A stretch of 37,631 nt of DNA from Jimgerdemannia flammicorona (lineage: Eukaryota), in the NCBI GenBank assembly GCA_003990765.1, contig RBNJ01000186.1, positions 1 through 37,631 on the forward strand, written 5' to 3'. Positions 22,620-34,500 of this stretch are shown in pieces. Each line of letters starts with the position of its first letter. The stretch's first letter is position 1. A model generated the notes under the pieces. The model ran no database searches and had not been told where the DNA came from. It saw only the letters and a program-made list of their open reading frames with translations. Both the position numbers and the translations under genes were made by a program.

Positions 22620-22637
22620 TGGGGGCTCAACTAGGAA
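22620..22637 (+). promoter_or_regulatory. Primer-binding site, probably tRNA-Pro
   Basis: TGGGGGCTCAACTAGGA starts 2 nt after the LTR and resembles the tRNA-Pro PBS TGGGGGCTC... (CCGG>CTAG decay inferred). Confidence 0.75.
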
Positions 22638-22659
22638 GATTTCAAAATCAATATGACTT

Positions 22660-25600
22660 TTCAGCTCACAAGAACCCACAGTCAAACTGGATACATTTGA
22701 TACAACACCAACCTCTGCCACTACAGGAGAACCAGTCATCACTAGCATTTGGATAGGAAGAGAAGTAATCACCTCAAGACTTGCCAACTACCCAGCATCA
22801 GAAGGATCCCAACCAGAAGCAGGAGGCAGTACAGCCCGAAATCCTCAACCAGCTCAACCAGATCAACCAGACAATACAGGCAGCCCTGCTAGAGATTTTG
22901 GAGAACTCATATAAGAACTAGAAGACCTTATCACATGGACCCAATACTTTACAGCCAGACACCCCACACCAGTCACACCAATCTCACCAATAGAACCCCT
23001 ATCACAACCCCTTGCAGAACTGAAAGTAGCTCCTACAAGAATACCTAGGCCTATTCCACCCCACCCAAGGACCAGAACACTATCTTCAAGATACCCAAGC
23101 ACCCCCGTCTCTAGTGACAGTTCAGAAAGTGAATTAGAATCAGAATCTGAACTTGAACCAGAATCAGAAGAAAGTGATGATGAAATGGCCACTTCATTGC
23201 CAACCTTTGCAGGATACCCAGAGGAAGACCCAGAGAATTCCTTGATGGAATTGAAGGAATTGCAGCCTTGAGAAATCTCTCAGATGAAAGAAAAATCACC
23301 ATTTATAAAGCTCAGCTCAGAGAACCAGTCAAAGGAATTTTCCATTGGACAGCAAACAACTGAGACTCAGAACTAGCAAGACAGATACAAGCAGTAATGT
23401 CTGATGAGCTAGAATATGAAGCCATGGTCTACTGACTCATTGAAAAATATGCAGAAAATGAAACCTGCCACAAGGCTCAGAAATCCATCATGGAAATGAA
23501 GATGAATCTTGAAGAATCACCCAGAGCCTTCTTCACAAGAATCCAGAAGAGAATGCATTCTGCTAGGTTCAATGCTACCAACCAAGACATCATAGGTCCA
23601 ATGACCTTCATGAATGAAATTCCTCCGAATATTGCCCAGTATGTCCACACCCTAGACATCAGAAGGTCTGAAGAGTAAGTAGATACAGCTCAAGGATTCT
23701 TTAATGTCAGGCAAGGAACTACCTGGAGTGATCATGACAAGAAGGAGGATAAAGAAGATATCCTGGTCAAAGCCCTGCAAGGACTCCTTCAAGGACAAGA
23801 AAGGTCTGAAGAAAGAAGGCCAGCTAAGGAAGGAAAAAAGGACAGAAGCGAAATCCAAGACCTCAGTTCCAAGTTAGACTGATTGGTTGGACAGATCGAA
23901 AAACTCACCACATGCAAAAATTGGGACTACCAAAACAACAGAGGGTACCCACCACAGAGGGGCCAAGGTTACCCACCAAGAGATAACAGGAATTGCCAGC
24001 AGGAAGAAAGAAGGTACCCTGTCCGAGATAGAGCCCAAGTCCAATGCTTCCACTGTGGACAATTCGGACACTATGCTACTGAATGTGATAACAAAAGAAG
24101 TGACCGAAGGGACTCAGAACCATCAAACTGAAGGAATGACACTCAGTACAAGAAAACTGAAGCCCATTCTGTTGAATATTTTGAAGAAGTAAGCAACAGT
24201 GAAGACTACAGTGACCTAGACTTGTATCCCACTAAGGTTACAACCCGAAAAACAGTCTATCCAGTAGAGAAAAGAAAGAGACCTGTAGGAAGACTATCCA
24301 GGAACATCAGCAGAAGAATTATCCAAGAAGAGGATGAAGAACATGAGGAGGAACAAGTAGAAATACCTCCCCAAACCCCCTCACCTTTTGTCTCTGAGAC
24401 AAATGAGTTGCCACCAGAAGATGAAGAAATGGAACAAGAAGAACGGGAACCTGTTGCTCCAAAGCCTAAGATGAAGTACACTCTGAAGACTATACCTAGG
24501 AACATTTACAATGAAGTCTGGCAGAAAATTCAAGAAGCTAAGATAGAAGTCCCTCTCCTGCAGTTTTTGCAACTAACATCAGCTGGAGTTTGAAACAAAT
24601 TGCTGAGAACCACCAGGTCTAGCACTGGCCAAGTTCCAATCCCACAGCAAGAACCAGTTCCCATTCCTATTCAGGCAGCTGAAAGATATGTCAGCACCTA
24701 CCTATATGGAGATATTGGAGGACAAAAGGCGAAGATCCTCATAGACACAGGAGCAGCTGTCTGTGTCATTGCCAAACAGTTTCTGGACACCCTCCAATGG
24801 CCCATTGATGGACCATCTAACCTCAGCATCATAGTAGCAGATGGAGCCCGAACTCAACCTCTTGGGGAAGTACGAAATATCACCATCTCTCTTGGACACA
24901 TTCAGTTCTCCATCCCCAAAGCTATTGTCACTGAAGCTGTTACCTATGATATGATTCTTGGCACTAACTGGATGAAGGAAATGAATGCAGTTGTTGATAT
25001 CGGCCAACAAGTACTCAAGTTTGACTACTGAGGCAAGAAGTACAGAGTTAAGATGACCAGCTATGAGTAATCAAAGAAGAAGAAGAAGGTCACTATTCAG
25101 GAAGAATATACTAGTAGTGAAGAATCTACCACAGAAGAAGAAGAAGAATCCAAAGATGGAAATAATCCCAGACTTAATCCCTGAATTAACCTGGTGGATG
25201 ACAGACCGAAAGACAATGTGTGGGCTAAGAACACCATCCCCATCACCATTAGAGCTATTGCAGGAGAAGCCAAAGGATGCCCTACCTGCCTCAAGAGACA
25301 CAAGTGTCCTGAGCACTCCTCCAAGATCATGGGAATAAGGAAATCGCCTGGCACAGCCTGCCCAGAGTACAGAAGGAAGAAGAAGAAATGCAGACATGTT
25401 CCAGAAACACCTGCAACCGAAGCTGCAGAAGTACAAGCAATTTGGGATCAAGAATCATCCGAGGAAGAAGAAACTTCTGACCAAGAAGTTCCTGAACAGG
25501 AAGCACCTGATGAAGAAGAGGTCCCTGAACTCATCCCCTGGGATGACCCTCGCTGGACACCACCTGAAGACAATGACCCTTGGAATACAGAAGAAGGATC

Positions 25601-27185
25601 CAGTACAATCACCATTATCCCCAAGAAAGAAACCCACCAAGAGAAAGCTTTTCGGCTAGGAAGATGTCTACACCAAATGGTCTTCCACTCTCCCCGAGAC
25701 TACTGCTATCAGTGTCATCTGTTGGACCAACAAGAAAGACAGAGACCTCAGAGACCAGAACCCCCAACTACTCTTGTACAGTCTACCACCTTTCAAGAAG
25801 TTACCACAAAGTTACAAAGTCGATTTAGGGGACAAGGCTTTTTCACCCAAACAGAAATATACCCCTTATCTACCCTTCCCCCAACCTATGATCAAGATGG
25901 GTACCGATTCCCAAGACAACAAGAGATAAATAGCCAGGAACATTATTTTCAGGCAATGGGATATTACAACCATAGGAGGCACCCTGACTGCTGAGACTGC
26001 AGACATCAGAAGATTCACCTCAGTCATGATGTTGCAGTGTATACTTTGAAGAAAGGAGATAACTGAAGCTAGATCCAAAAAAGCCAGATTCGAAAAAGTC
26101 AGATCAAGAAGCCCAGAAAAAGAATCCTCAAGATCTACAATTTGAGAGAAGACATCCTAGCTCTCATCAGACATGCAACCCACCAAGGATGGGCAGAAGA
26201 TGCCACCAACTTCATGGAAGCCCTTGACCCTACAGGAAGGAGGGGAATCAACTACCTCTGAGACCCCTCTACTGGAGCCAGATGGCCACACCTCAACCTT
26301 AGAGCTTGGAGGCTTTCTGCTAGTGGAGCCTCAGCCTTAGGAAAGCCTGAACTCAGCAAGGATATTGCCCAGTATGCCCTGCTGCACCCCAAGGCCAAAC
26401 CCCTGACCAAAGCCCACCCAGAAGATGTAGGGTATAATCTTCACAGCCTAGAGGACGAATCCATCAAGCCTGGAAAAACCTTCATGATCAGAACTGAGTT
26501 AGCCATGCAGCCACCCCAAGGAGCTTATATCCAACTGACTTCAAGGTCCAGACTTGCCAGACAAGGAATAACTGTAGAAGGAGGAACCATCGATCCTGAA
26601 TATACAGGTGAAATCAAGGTTATCCTACACAACAGCAGTACAGAATGACACTGAATCATTAGAGGACAGAAGATTGCCCAAGCAGTCTTCATGAAGGTCA
26701 AGACCCCACAGTTATAGGAAGTCTCTAAACTAACTGAAGGAACAAGACAAGCCAAGGGATTTGGAAGTTCAGATAGGAAGGAGGTACATCTCCTTCAAGT
26801 CAATCACCTCAAGAGGAATATTCCTCAGCAAGTGTACTGGCAACCAGTCAGACTGCACAAGAATCTCATCCTGGAGCCCAGAGAACAAACTACCTTTGAA
26901 ATCTTTGCACCACCTGATCCCAGGAACCTTTTCTTTGAACCCAAGGAAGATATTCCACACCTGGACATAGAGGGACACACATTCTCTGACAAGATGAACC
27001 CAGTACACTCCTGAGCAACCAACCAAAGTTGGGAAACCATCATCCTGTCAAAAAGAACCATCATAGGACATCTGGTGCCTTTTCTCAACCGAACTCATAG
27101 GGAAGTTTATGAACTAAACCTATTGGGAAATGGCAAAAGGTCCCAGAAGAAAGGAAAGGCCCCTCTGCGACCCAGGAGACAGTGA
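22660..27185 (+). pseudogene. Element 2 ORF1: gag (CCHC knuckle)-aspartic protease-Cys/His-rich region-dUTPase
   Basis: MATSLPTFAGYPEEDP (23185); CFHCGQFGHYATEC (~24045); KILIDTGAAVCVI and MILGTNWM; same frame from 23883 through the dUTPase. Internal stops look transition-derived; one frameshift near 23235. Start approximate. Confidence 0.88.
26364..26774 (+). pseudogene. dUTPase domain of element 2, between protease and RT
   Basis: KAHPEDVGYNL (I), TSRSRLARQG (II), GGTIDPEYTGEIKVILHN (III), GQKIAQ (IV), RQAKGFGSSD (V). Confidence 0.92.
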
Positions 27186-28597
27186 AGCCTTCCACCAACA
27201 TTGGAGAAGAATTGATACCTCAACAACAACAACAACTAGTAGAACTTCTCAACAAATATCAAGATATCTTCACCACTGATTATGGCAACCTGCCATACAA
27301 TCCATCATATCACCATAGCATAAATACAGGAAGAGCAACACCCATTCGGTAGAAACCCTATAGAATACCCCATCACTTGAAAACATTCGAAAAAGAGTAC
27401 ATTCAAGAACTCTTAGACAATGGAGTCATCTGACCCTCTACTAGCCCCTGGGCCAGCCCTATACTTATTGTACCAAAGAAAGGAGGATGGAGACTCTGCG
27501 TGGATTATAGAACACTCAATTCAGTTACCGAAAAGGATGCTTATCCTTTGCTCAGAATTGATGACCTTTTGGACCAGTTACAAGATGCCAGATACTTCAG
27601 CAGTATGGACCTCTTTGCAGGATTCCATGAGATCCCTATGGACCCCAAGGACATTTAAAAGACAGCCTTCCTTGCTCTAGGAAAACTGCTTGAGTACCTC
27701 CAAATGCCCTTTGGACTTTGCAATGCACCCCCCACTTTTCAGAGGATGATGAATTCGGTCTATGCCCCCCTGATTCACCACTGCCTGATTGTATACATGG
27801 ATGATTCCAACATCTATTCAGCAAATTTTGAAGAACACCTGCACCACCTGGAGGAATTCTTCAAGCTCACTCACAAAAATCACTTGAGATTGAATGTAAA
27901 GAAATGCTACTTTAGGAAACAGAAACTTGAATTCCTGGGATTTATGGTTTCAAAAGAAGGAACTCATACAGACCCAAAGAAAACCGAGAAGATCAACAAT
28001 TGGCCAGTACCCAAGACTCCAAAAGAAATATTATCATTCCTGATGCTAGTATCCTACTACAGAAGGTTTATCAAGGATTTTGCCCAAATTGCTGCCCCAA
28101 TCTGAATCCTTCTCAAGAAAGGAATGCCATTCAAATGGACAGAATTACAAGAAAAAGCCTTCAGAGAACTCAAGAACCACATGACTACAGCACCAATCCT
28201 TGTGCGCCCCAATCTACAGAAGCGATTCATCTTGTATACAGATGCTTCCAAAGATGGCCTAGGAGCAGTCCTAGCCCAAGAAGGACCTGACCAACAGCAC
28301 CATGTAATAGTTTATACAAGCAGAGCTACCAATCAGCAGCAGATGAACTATGGTAGCACCAAACTGGAATATCTTGCAGTTATATGGGCAGTCACCCTGT
28401 TCAAGCACTACCTTATTGGAAAAAGGTTCACCTTGATCACAGATCATACAGCCCTCAAATGGCTATTCAACTACAAGAAACCCACCGAAATCCTAGCCTG
28501 CTGGATCCTTATCCTTCAGGATTTCAAAATCACCATCATTTACAAAGTAGGGAAAGCTCACAACAATATTGATGTACTTTCCTGCCAGCCTCAATGA
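27125..28597 (+). pseudogene. Element 2 reverse transcriptase-RNase H, in the -1 frame relative to ORF1
   Basis: LVELLNKYQDIF; SPWASPILIVPKKGGWRLCVDYR; MPFGLCNAPPTFQRMM; LIVYMDD; FILYTDASKDGLGAVL; FTLITDH; HNNIDVLS; TGA at 28595-28597. Confidence 0.93.
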
Positions 28598-29658
28598 ACC
28601 AGAAGAAGGGTGTCCCAAGGAACTACACTCTAAAGGAAGCTCTTCAGACCATCAAGACACAAGAAGATCTCATCTGAAAAGAACATCAGAAAGCCCACCA
28701 AGGACAGATAAGTATAGAAGACAAGATTCGAGAACAATATCAACATTGGCCCCACCTCAGAGCACAAGTCTGAGATATCATTCAGAAATGTAATACCTGC
28801 CAGAAGTACCAAGGAAGGAAGAACTATCAAGCACCACTACAACCAATCGCACCACCAGACAACATCTTTCAGAGATGGGGAGTAGATGTAATTAGACCTC
28901 TACCAGTTACACCAAGAAGAAGCAAATATATTCTTGTATTTATAGAATATCTGACCAAGTGGCCCGAGGCTTTCCCAATGGAAATTACAGATGCCTTAAC
29001 CATTGTAGGCCTCCTCCATAGATTCACACTCAGATATGGACCCCCAGAAGAACTTATCTCTGACTGAGGCACAGAATTCATCAACAATATAATCATAAGT
29101 TATGTCCGAATTTACAAGATCCACCTCAAAAGGACCACATCATACCACCCCCAGACCAATGATATGACAGAGAGAATAAACCAGACCATCAAGAAAGAAC
29201 TTGCCCGAGTCAATCCTACCAATTGGGACCTCTGCTTACCTGAGATCCTATGGGAAATCCAAAATACCCCTGCTGCATCAACCAAACAAAAGCCCTTTGA
29301 AATGATGTTTGCCAAGAAAACCAGAACTGCTGACCATGAGAACCTCGGAAAGCTTCTTGAAAAGGGAGATCAGCTGTGAAATGAAGCCTGAATCTAGATT
29401 ATCAAGGCCCAGGAAAGACAAAAGAAGTATTATGACCAGAAACAGAAGAATCAGAAGATCAAGATTGGTGATCAAGTCCTGGTTTGGAGAAGTATAATAG
29501 AAACAAACTTTGCTGCCAAACTGGAACCCAAATGGGAAGGACCTTATCTTATACACAACATCAGAGGAACTAGCATCTATTTAAGAAGCATGGATGGACG
29601 AACCTTGAGAACACCAGTCTACATCAATTGCCTCAAGATATATCTGCACAAACCATGA
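28594..29658 (+). pseudogene. Element 2 integrase as a separate frame starting at an ATGA overlap
   Basis: MNQKK...EHQKAHQG...WPHL...CNTCQ; RWGVDVI; EYLTKWPEAFP; LISD*GTEF; YHPQTNDMTERIN; KLEPKWEGPY. 355 codons in one frame; no chromodomain. Confidence 0.88.
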
Positions 29659-30161
29659 CTCAGAGGATAGATCAATGCCTCCAGACCCTTATCCTCAGCT
29701 CCTTCTAAGCCCTGTCAATTCCCCTGCCCCAGTTTCGTCAACTTGAAGGAACCCCCATACAATTGATCTAGAAGCATCAAGAGAACCTTGCCATTGCCCA
29801 AAGGTTGCTTCAGATCCACCATCTACAAGCCTTCTATAACATTGGACAGCTATTGACAGAACAACCTTACATAAGGAGCCCAGCTGGAATTACCCTCAGA
29901 GAAGCAAGAACTGCCAAACAAATCTACACTCTATACAAATGAAATGTTGGAGCTCTGGTGCAGTCTCACTTCTACCTCAATGACATCCATCAGATGAATA
30001 AGACCACCTTTCAGAGTATCCTTCAATAAGTAGACATCCTGTTCCCTGAAGAACAAGAGGAAGATCCAGAGCTAGAATGGAGTGACCCCAGTACAGATAA
30101 TGAAGATGATGGAACAGGTATAGATGCAGAAGATGCCTATGCTTATTGGAATGATGACTAA
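29655..30161 (+). pseudogene. Additional ORF of unknown function downstream of integrase (169 codons)
   Basis: MTQRIDQCLQ...HLQAFYNIGQLL...TLREARTAKQIYTLYK...acidic tail...WNDD*. Four internal stops, each one transition from a sense codon. Ends about 40 nt before the 3' LTR. Confidence 0.65.
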
Positions 30162-30188
30162 AGGATAGTCCAAGACAGACTACCCTTT

Positions 30189-30200
30189 AGTGGGGGCTGA
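30189..30200 (+). promoter_or_regulatory. Polypurine-tract-like sequence of element 2
   Basis: AGTGGGGGCTGA directly before the 3' LTR TGTAACA. Confidence 0.65.
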
Positions 30201-31513
30201 TGTAACAAACTATGAAACATAGCAATCTCAAAACCTAACCAGGTGATGTGAACATTAGTATAGCATAGTAATCAGCAACCATTGCTGCAGAAGATATATA
30301 AATAACCAGATAGCTAAAGAAGGAAATAATGTGGACAGTGGCTGTCACCCTGACAGTAGCTGTTACCCTGATAGTGGCCATCACCCTGACAGTGAACATC
30401 ACCTCATAAATAGTAAATCTATAGTTACCAGATAGCAACCACAATGTATAAATTACCCCAGAGATAAGAGTGAATAAACTTCAGTCCAAAATACAAATAC
30501 CAAAGAAGCCTCTAAAGATTGAGCATTGGTCCCCTTTCCACTCTGGTCCACTTTCCAATATAAAGAAGAGTCTGATATATTTTTGGTTTGCTTGCCAGAT
30601 AAGCCTAAAGAATTCCAGTTTTCTGCCAAGTTTAAGGAAGAACTTTACCACATTCCCAGAGAGCCCTATTCTTGCCACAAGCTAGTCTGTTGATGCAACT
30701 TCACAGTAGAGCCAGTCTATCAATATAACTCTATGCAAACAAAGCCAGTCTTTGACATAACTTGCCAAGAATCTGAGTAATATTCCCAGTTGAAGCCGAT
30801 TCAGGAAGAATCCACACCATCTGAGTTATTTCCCAGAAGCCCACCAATTTAGGAGAATCTGTGTCCTCTGCCATTTTCAAGTTATCTGCATTCTCAGTTG
30901 AAGCTGCTGATTTAGGAAGAATCCACACCATCATATTCCCAGAAGAGCTGCCAATTCAGGAAGAATCCACAACATCCAAGTTATTTGTTCCCAGTGAGCT
31001 GAAATAAAAGAATCCATGCCATACTATTCCCAGTGAGCCAAATCGAGCTATCCACCAAATTATCAGAATATCCTGCATAAGGAAGCCTGTGCTACACAGT
31101 GATCATTATGCAGAAATCGCATTAGGAGAACCATTAAATTGCCAGACTATTATGCTTAGGAGATCATCATACTACACAAGATTGTCACCCAGAAATCGCA
31201 TACTTTTAGAGATCATTACACTATACAAAAATTGCTCGCTACTCAAGAAGGAAACTGTTCGCATTATACACAAATTCTGCTATTCCCAGTTGACCCAAAA
31301 AGGAAAGACACAAATCGCTGCTATATCTAGAGAACTATCCCAATAAGGAAACCACTCGCAGATATCCAGCTTTGACTATTATATCACTAAACACTAAGGA
31401 TCTCAGGAATCTTAGAACATTTTATTACTTTTTGACAAAGTAACTGGGGGCTCAAGCCAAACTACATCAACCCCCAACCTTGTAATTTGCCTCCATTGAG
31501 CTGGCACATTACA
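30201..31513 (+). repeat. 3' LTR of element 2 (1313 bp)
   Basis: TG...CA termini; direct repeat of 20693-22617; followed by TSD GTAC. Confidence 0.95.
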
Positions 31514-31517
31514 GTAC

Positions 31518-31810
31518 CAAGTATCTTATCTTAGCTAGTTATGAAACCTTTTGGAATATTATAGAATAGTATTAGTTAGCTTTGCTGAGAACTTATTTCT
31601 TAGCATTTTTCTTTCTTTCCAAGATTCTTTCATCTTTCTTTCAGATCATATATAAATATCCTTATTCTCTGCCTGAATAAAGCTCAGAATATTTTCTCTC
31701 AGAAATTTTTCAAGAACACTTGAACCTTTAAGTATCTCTTCAAGCTACTTTAAACCAACTAGAACTTCCAGATTTAGCTGCTTCCTCTTAAAGAAACTAG
31801 AACTATTATA
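31518..31810 (+). repeat. Right part of the LTR that begins at 20524
   Basis: TATATAAATA (~31650), AATAAA (~31676), terminal TATTATA (decayed TGTTACA) at 31804-31810. End inferred. Confidence 0.6.
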
Positions 31811-31899
31811 CTGAGACCAATACTGAACCAGAACCTGACTTTGAATTAAGCTTATCTGAAATCTGATATACAACTGATTCTGTCTACTTCAATACCAAG

Positions 31900-32890
31900 C
31901 AAACCCAACTATATGGGGACCAAAGTTAAGAGAAAGAGAAGTATCTCAGTAAATTTGATCCTGGATACATCACTGAAGAAAACATACCTCCATCAGGACA
32001 AAATACACCTATATAGCAACAGACAGCTACCTATCAAGTCCTCACTTCAGACTTACAACTATTACTTCAGTAACTTACACAGACCCAAAGAATACTATCA
32101 TACTCTACACTAGTACCTCAAGTAGTATCAGTAACATTACTACTAGTAGTCCAACTGTCTTTAGTAAACAATATAGCAAACCAACAGATTCTAGACCTTA
32201 TAGCCCAGATAGCCATAATAGCAGTAACCATTACTACCTTAGTCAAACAGATCTAATCAACAAAAAATCTGAGCCTACCTATCTTCAATAGTACTATACA
32301 AGAAGTCTAATGTTTTATTAGTATAGTTGATACTAACTTTGAAGTCAATCAATGGACCAATGAGAAAGTTACTAACTACCTTTTAATAAACAATTAAGAC
32401 CACACTCTGGAACAACTCTTTGCTACTACTATAGCCTATATCTATCAAGTTGTTACATTCTTCTGAGGACCTGCTGAAAAATAGTAGCAAACCCTTCCTA
32501 AAAAACCTCTCATATGAGACATCTGACCTGCAGTTATTACCCAAAATATAGCAAATAATGCCCTAGGATATGGAGCTTATCTTATAGCCCCTGAACTCAA
32601 ATAACTCATAATTGCTCAATACTATAGCAAAATCATGATTGCTGAATCTTGAGTAAAACTCTATAGTCTCAAATTTGATATATATAGTAAAGAGAAATTC
32701 AAAACCTTCTATACAAAACTTAAGTCACTTCTGAACACTATTGGCCTAGGATATATCACTAATGATGAAGCATGAAATGATACAAGAGCAGACTATTTAT
32801 TCAATGCACTACCTGAATGGCTTATAAGAAAAATCTGAGAACAAGAATGTCTAGTTGGTTGTGATTATCAATAATAGTGCCTGACAAGAA
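31900..32890 (+). pseudogene. Heavily mutated gypsy gag remnant, truncated
   Basis: KNLSLPIFNSTIQEV*CFISIVDTNFEVNQW ... ELK*LIIAQYYS...VKLYSLK...KLKSLLNTIG. Similar to the minus-strand gag at ~34900-35400. Confidence 0.65.
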
Positions 32891-34086
32891 TCAAGAGTCA
32901 ATAAGTGAGAAGATCTTAGTCTTATACACTTGGTCAAGTAATTCATCAATTCTTAGAAGATATATCAGTTCTTAATGGAGATCTTATTGAGTACTCAGTA
33001 ATTAATATATATATAGAGGCTTCTATCTTTCTTATAAATAAAGAGGATTAGTATACTATATAGTAATTTTGATAGGTAGATGAGGCCTTTGCTTGTTAGT
33101 TCTTCTAATTATTCCTTGAGATCTCTAGCTCAGGTTGGACTAGTTAGTAGATTCTATGATAAGGGGGAGTCAGAACTGGAAATAGTTTTGATACTATGTT
33201 CTACTACTTGGACTAGTAGTAGTTCTTAGAGTTCTTAGAAAATGTCTTCATAATTCTTAAGTAATTCTTAGAAGTTGTCTTCTTTATCATCCTCTTCTAG
33301 AGTCTCTTTAACTATATATATATATATATACTAATTTGGTTTTCAAATTAGCTTCATTTAAATAACAGAGATAATATTACACCTTGACTTCAATTTCTTG
33401 ATATACTTAGGTTGTAACTTGATATCTTCTAGGAAAATTATATTGATTTACTAATCAATGTAGAGATTTTTCTGAGTGAGTCAGGATTTTCTGAGGATGA
33501 GATTGTGTCCAGAGAGATATATAATATAAAAGATTTATCTTGTAGTATAGTTTCTAAGTTATAAAAGTGCACTCTTGCATATCTTAAAGAGTTTCTATAT
33601 TATTTTGTTACTAAATATAACAATGTTTCCTTCTAAAGTTCTTTATATCTTGAGGTGAAATTTGTCAGCAGTTTCTTAATCAAGATAATATTTACTTACC
33701 CTACTATCAATCAGGACTTTAATAGTATTTTTTTCAATTTTTCTTATAGGTGGATATATTCTGTATTAGTCTCTTATCAGGTAGTGATTATTTCTAGAAT
33801 AGTTTCTTTTTTCCAATCTTGTACTTTTTTATCTTTATTATTAATATTCTTGATTTTCTCATTTTATCATTCTGAGATAGTTGACTTATACTTTTTAGAT
33901 TTAAGAATATATATAATATATTCTCTTATATATTTGAAATAGTATATCTTGATTCTACTAGAGTATTATCTTATAGAGATATATCTATTGGTAATATACT
34001 AATACTCTTTCTAATCTTAATCTTGAGGTTCTTCAATATGGACAATATTTTGTATTCTGATCTTCTTGGTCTTATCAGGGTACTTT

Positions 34087-34500
34087 TCTATTAATCTAAA
34101 GACTTTCTCTCCTTTATTAGAGAGTAACAGATAATTTACTTCTTCTACTTCAAAGTTATTATATATTACTTCAATAATAGCTTGAGTAATTTATTTTCTA
34201 CATATAATTTCAACAGCCTTTTGTCCAGTATTATATAGTAGGATCTTGATTTTATCTTTAAATCCTTAATCTATAACTCCTTTAGCTATATAGAGTCTTT
34301 CTTTCTTAACTAAACTACTTCTTTCTATAAGATAGATATAGGTTTCTTTCAGAACCTCCATTCTAATACCTATACTGATGATTGCTTACTTACCTGGTTT
34401 GATGGTTACTTCTATACTTGAGTAGAAGTCATAGTCAGTATCAAATTTATATGTCTTATCTGGGATCCTTACAGCAATATAGAATCTTTTAATCTTGATT
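34087..34500 (-). pseudogene. dUTPase domain of element 3, between gag knuckle and protease
   Basis: IKIKRF...DTDYDF (I)...EKSSLV (II)...GVID*GFKDKIKILLYN (III)...K*ITQ (IV)...KGEKVFRLIE (decayed RGxxGFGSTG, V). Confidence 0.82.

Larger units (their letters stand above)
20693..31513 (+). mobile_element. Full-length, decayed Ty3/gypsy LTR retrotransposon (element 2) with ~1.3-kb LTRs, dUTPase and an extra 3' ORF
   Basis: Paired LTRs (TGTGACA..CATTATA / TGTAACA..CATTACA); 4-bp TSD GTAC (20689-20692, 31514-31517); PBS; PPT; gag/pol motifs. Confidence 0.95.

Noticed and set aside
29655..30161. env gene
   Set aside because: Short, hydrophilic, with no signal peptide, cleavage site or transmembrane segment.
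33655..33942. 95-aa hydrophobic plus-strand ORF
   Set aside because: Antisense to the decayed, AT-rich pol of element 3; compositional artefact.
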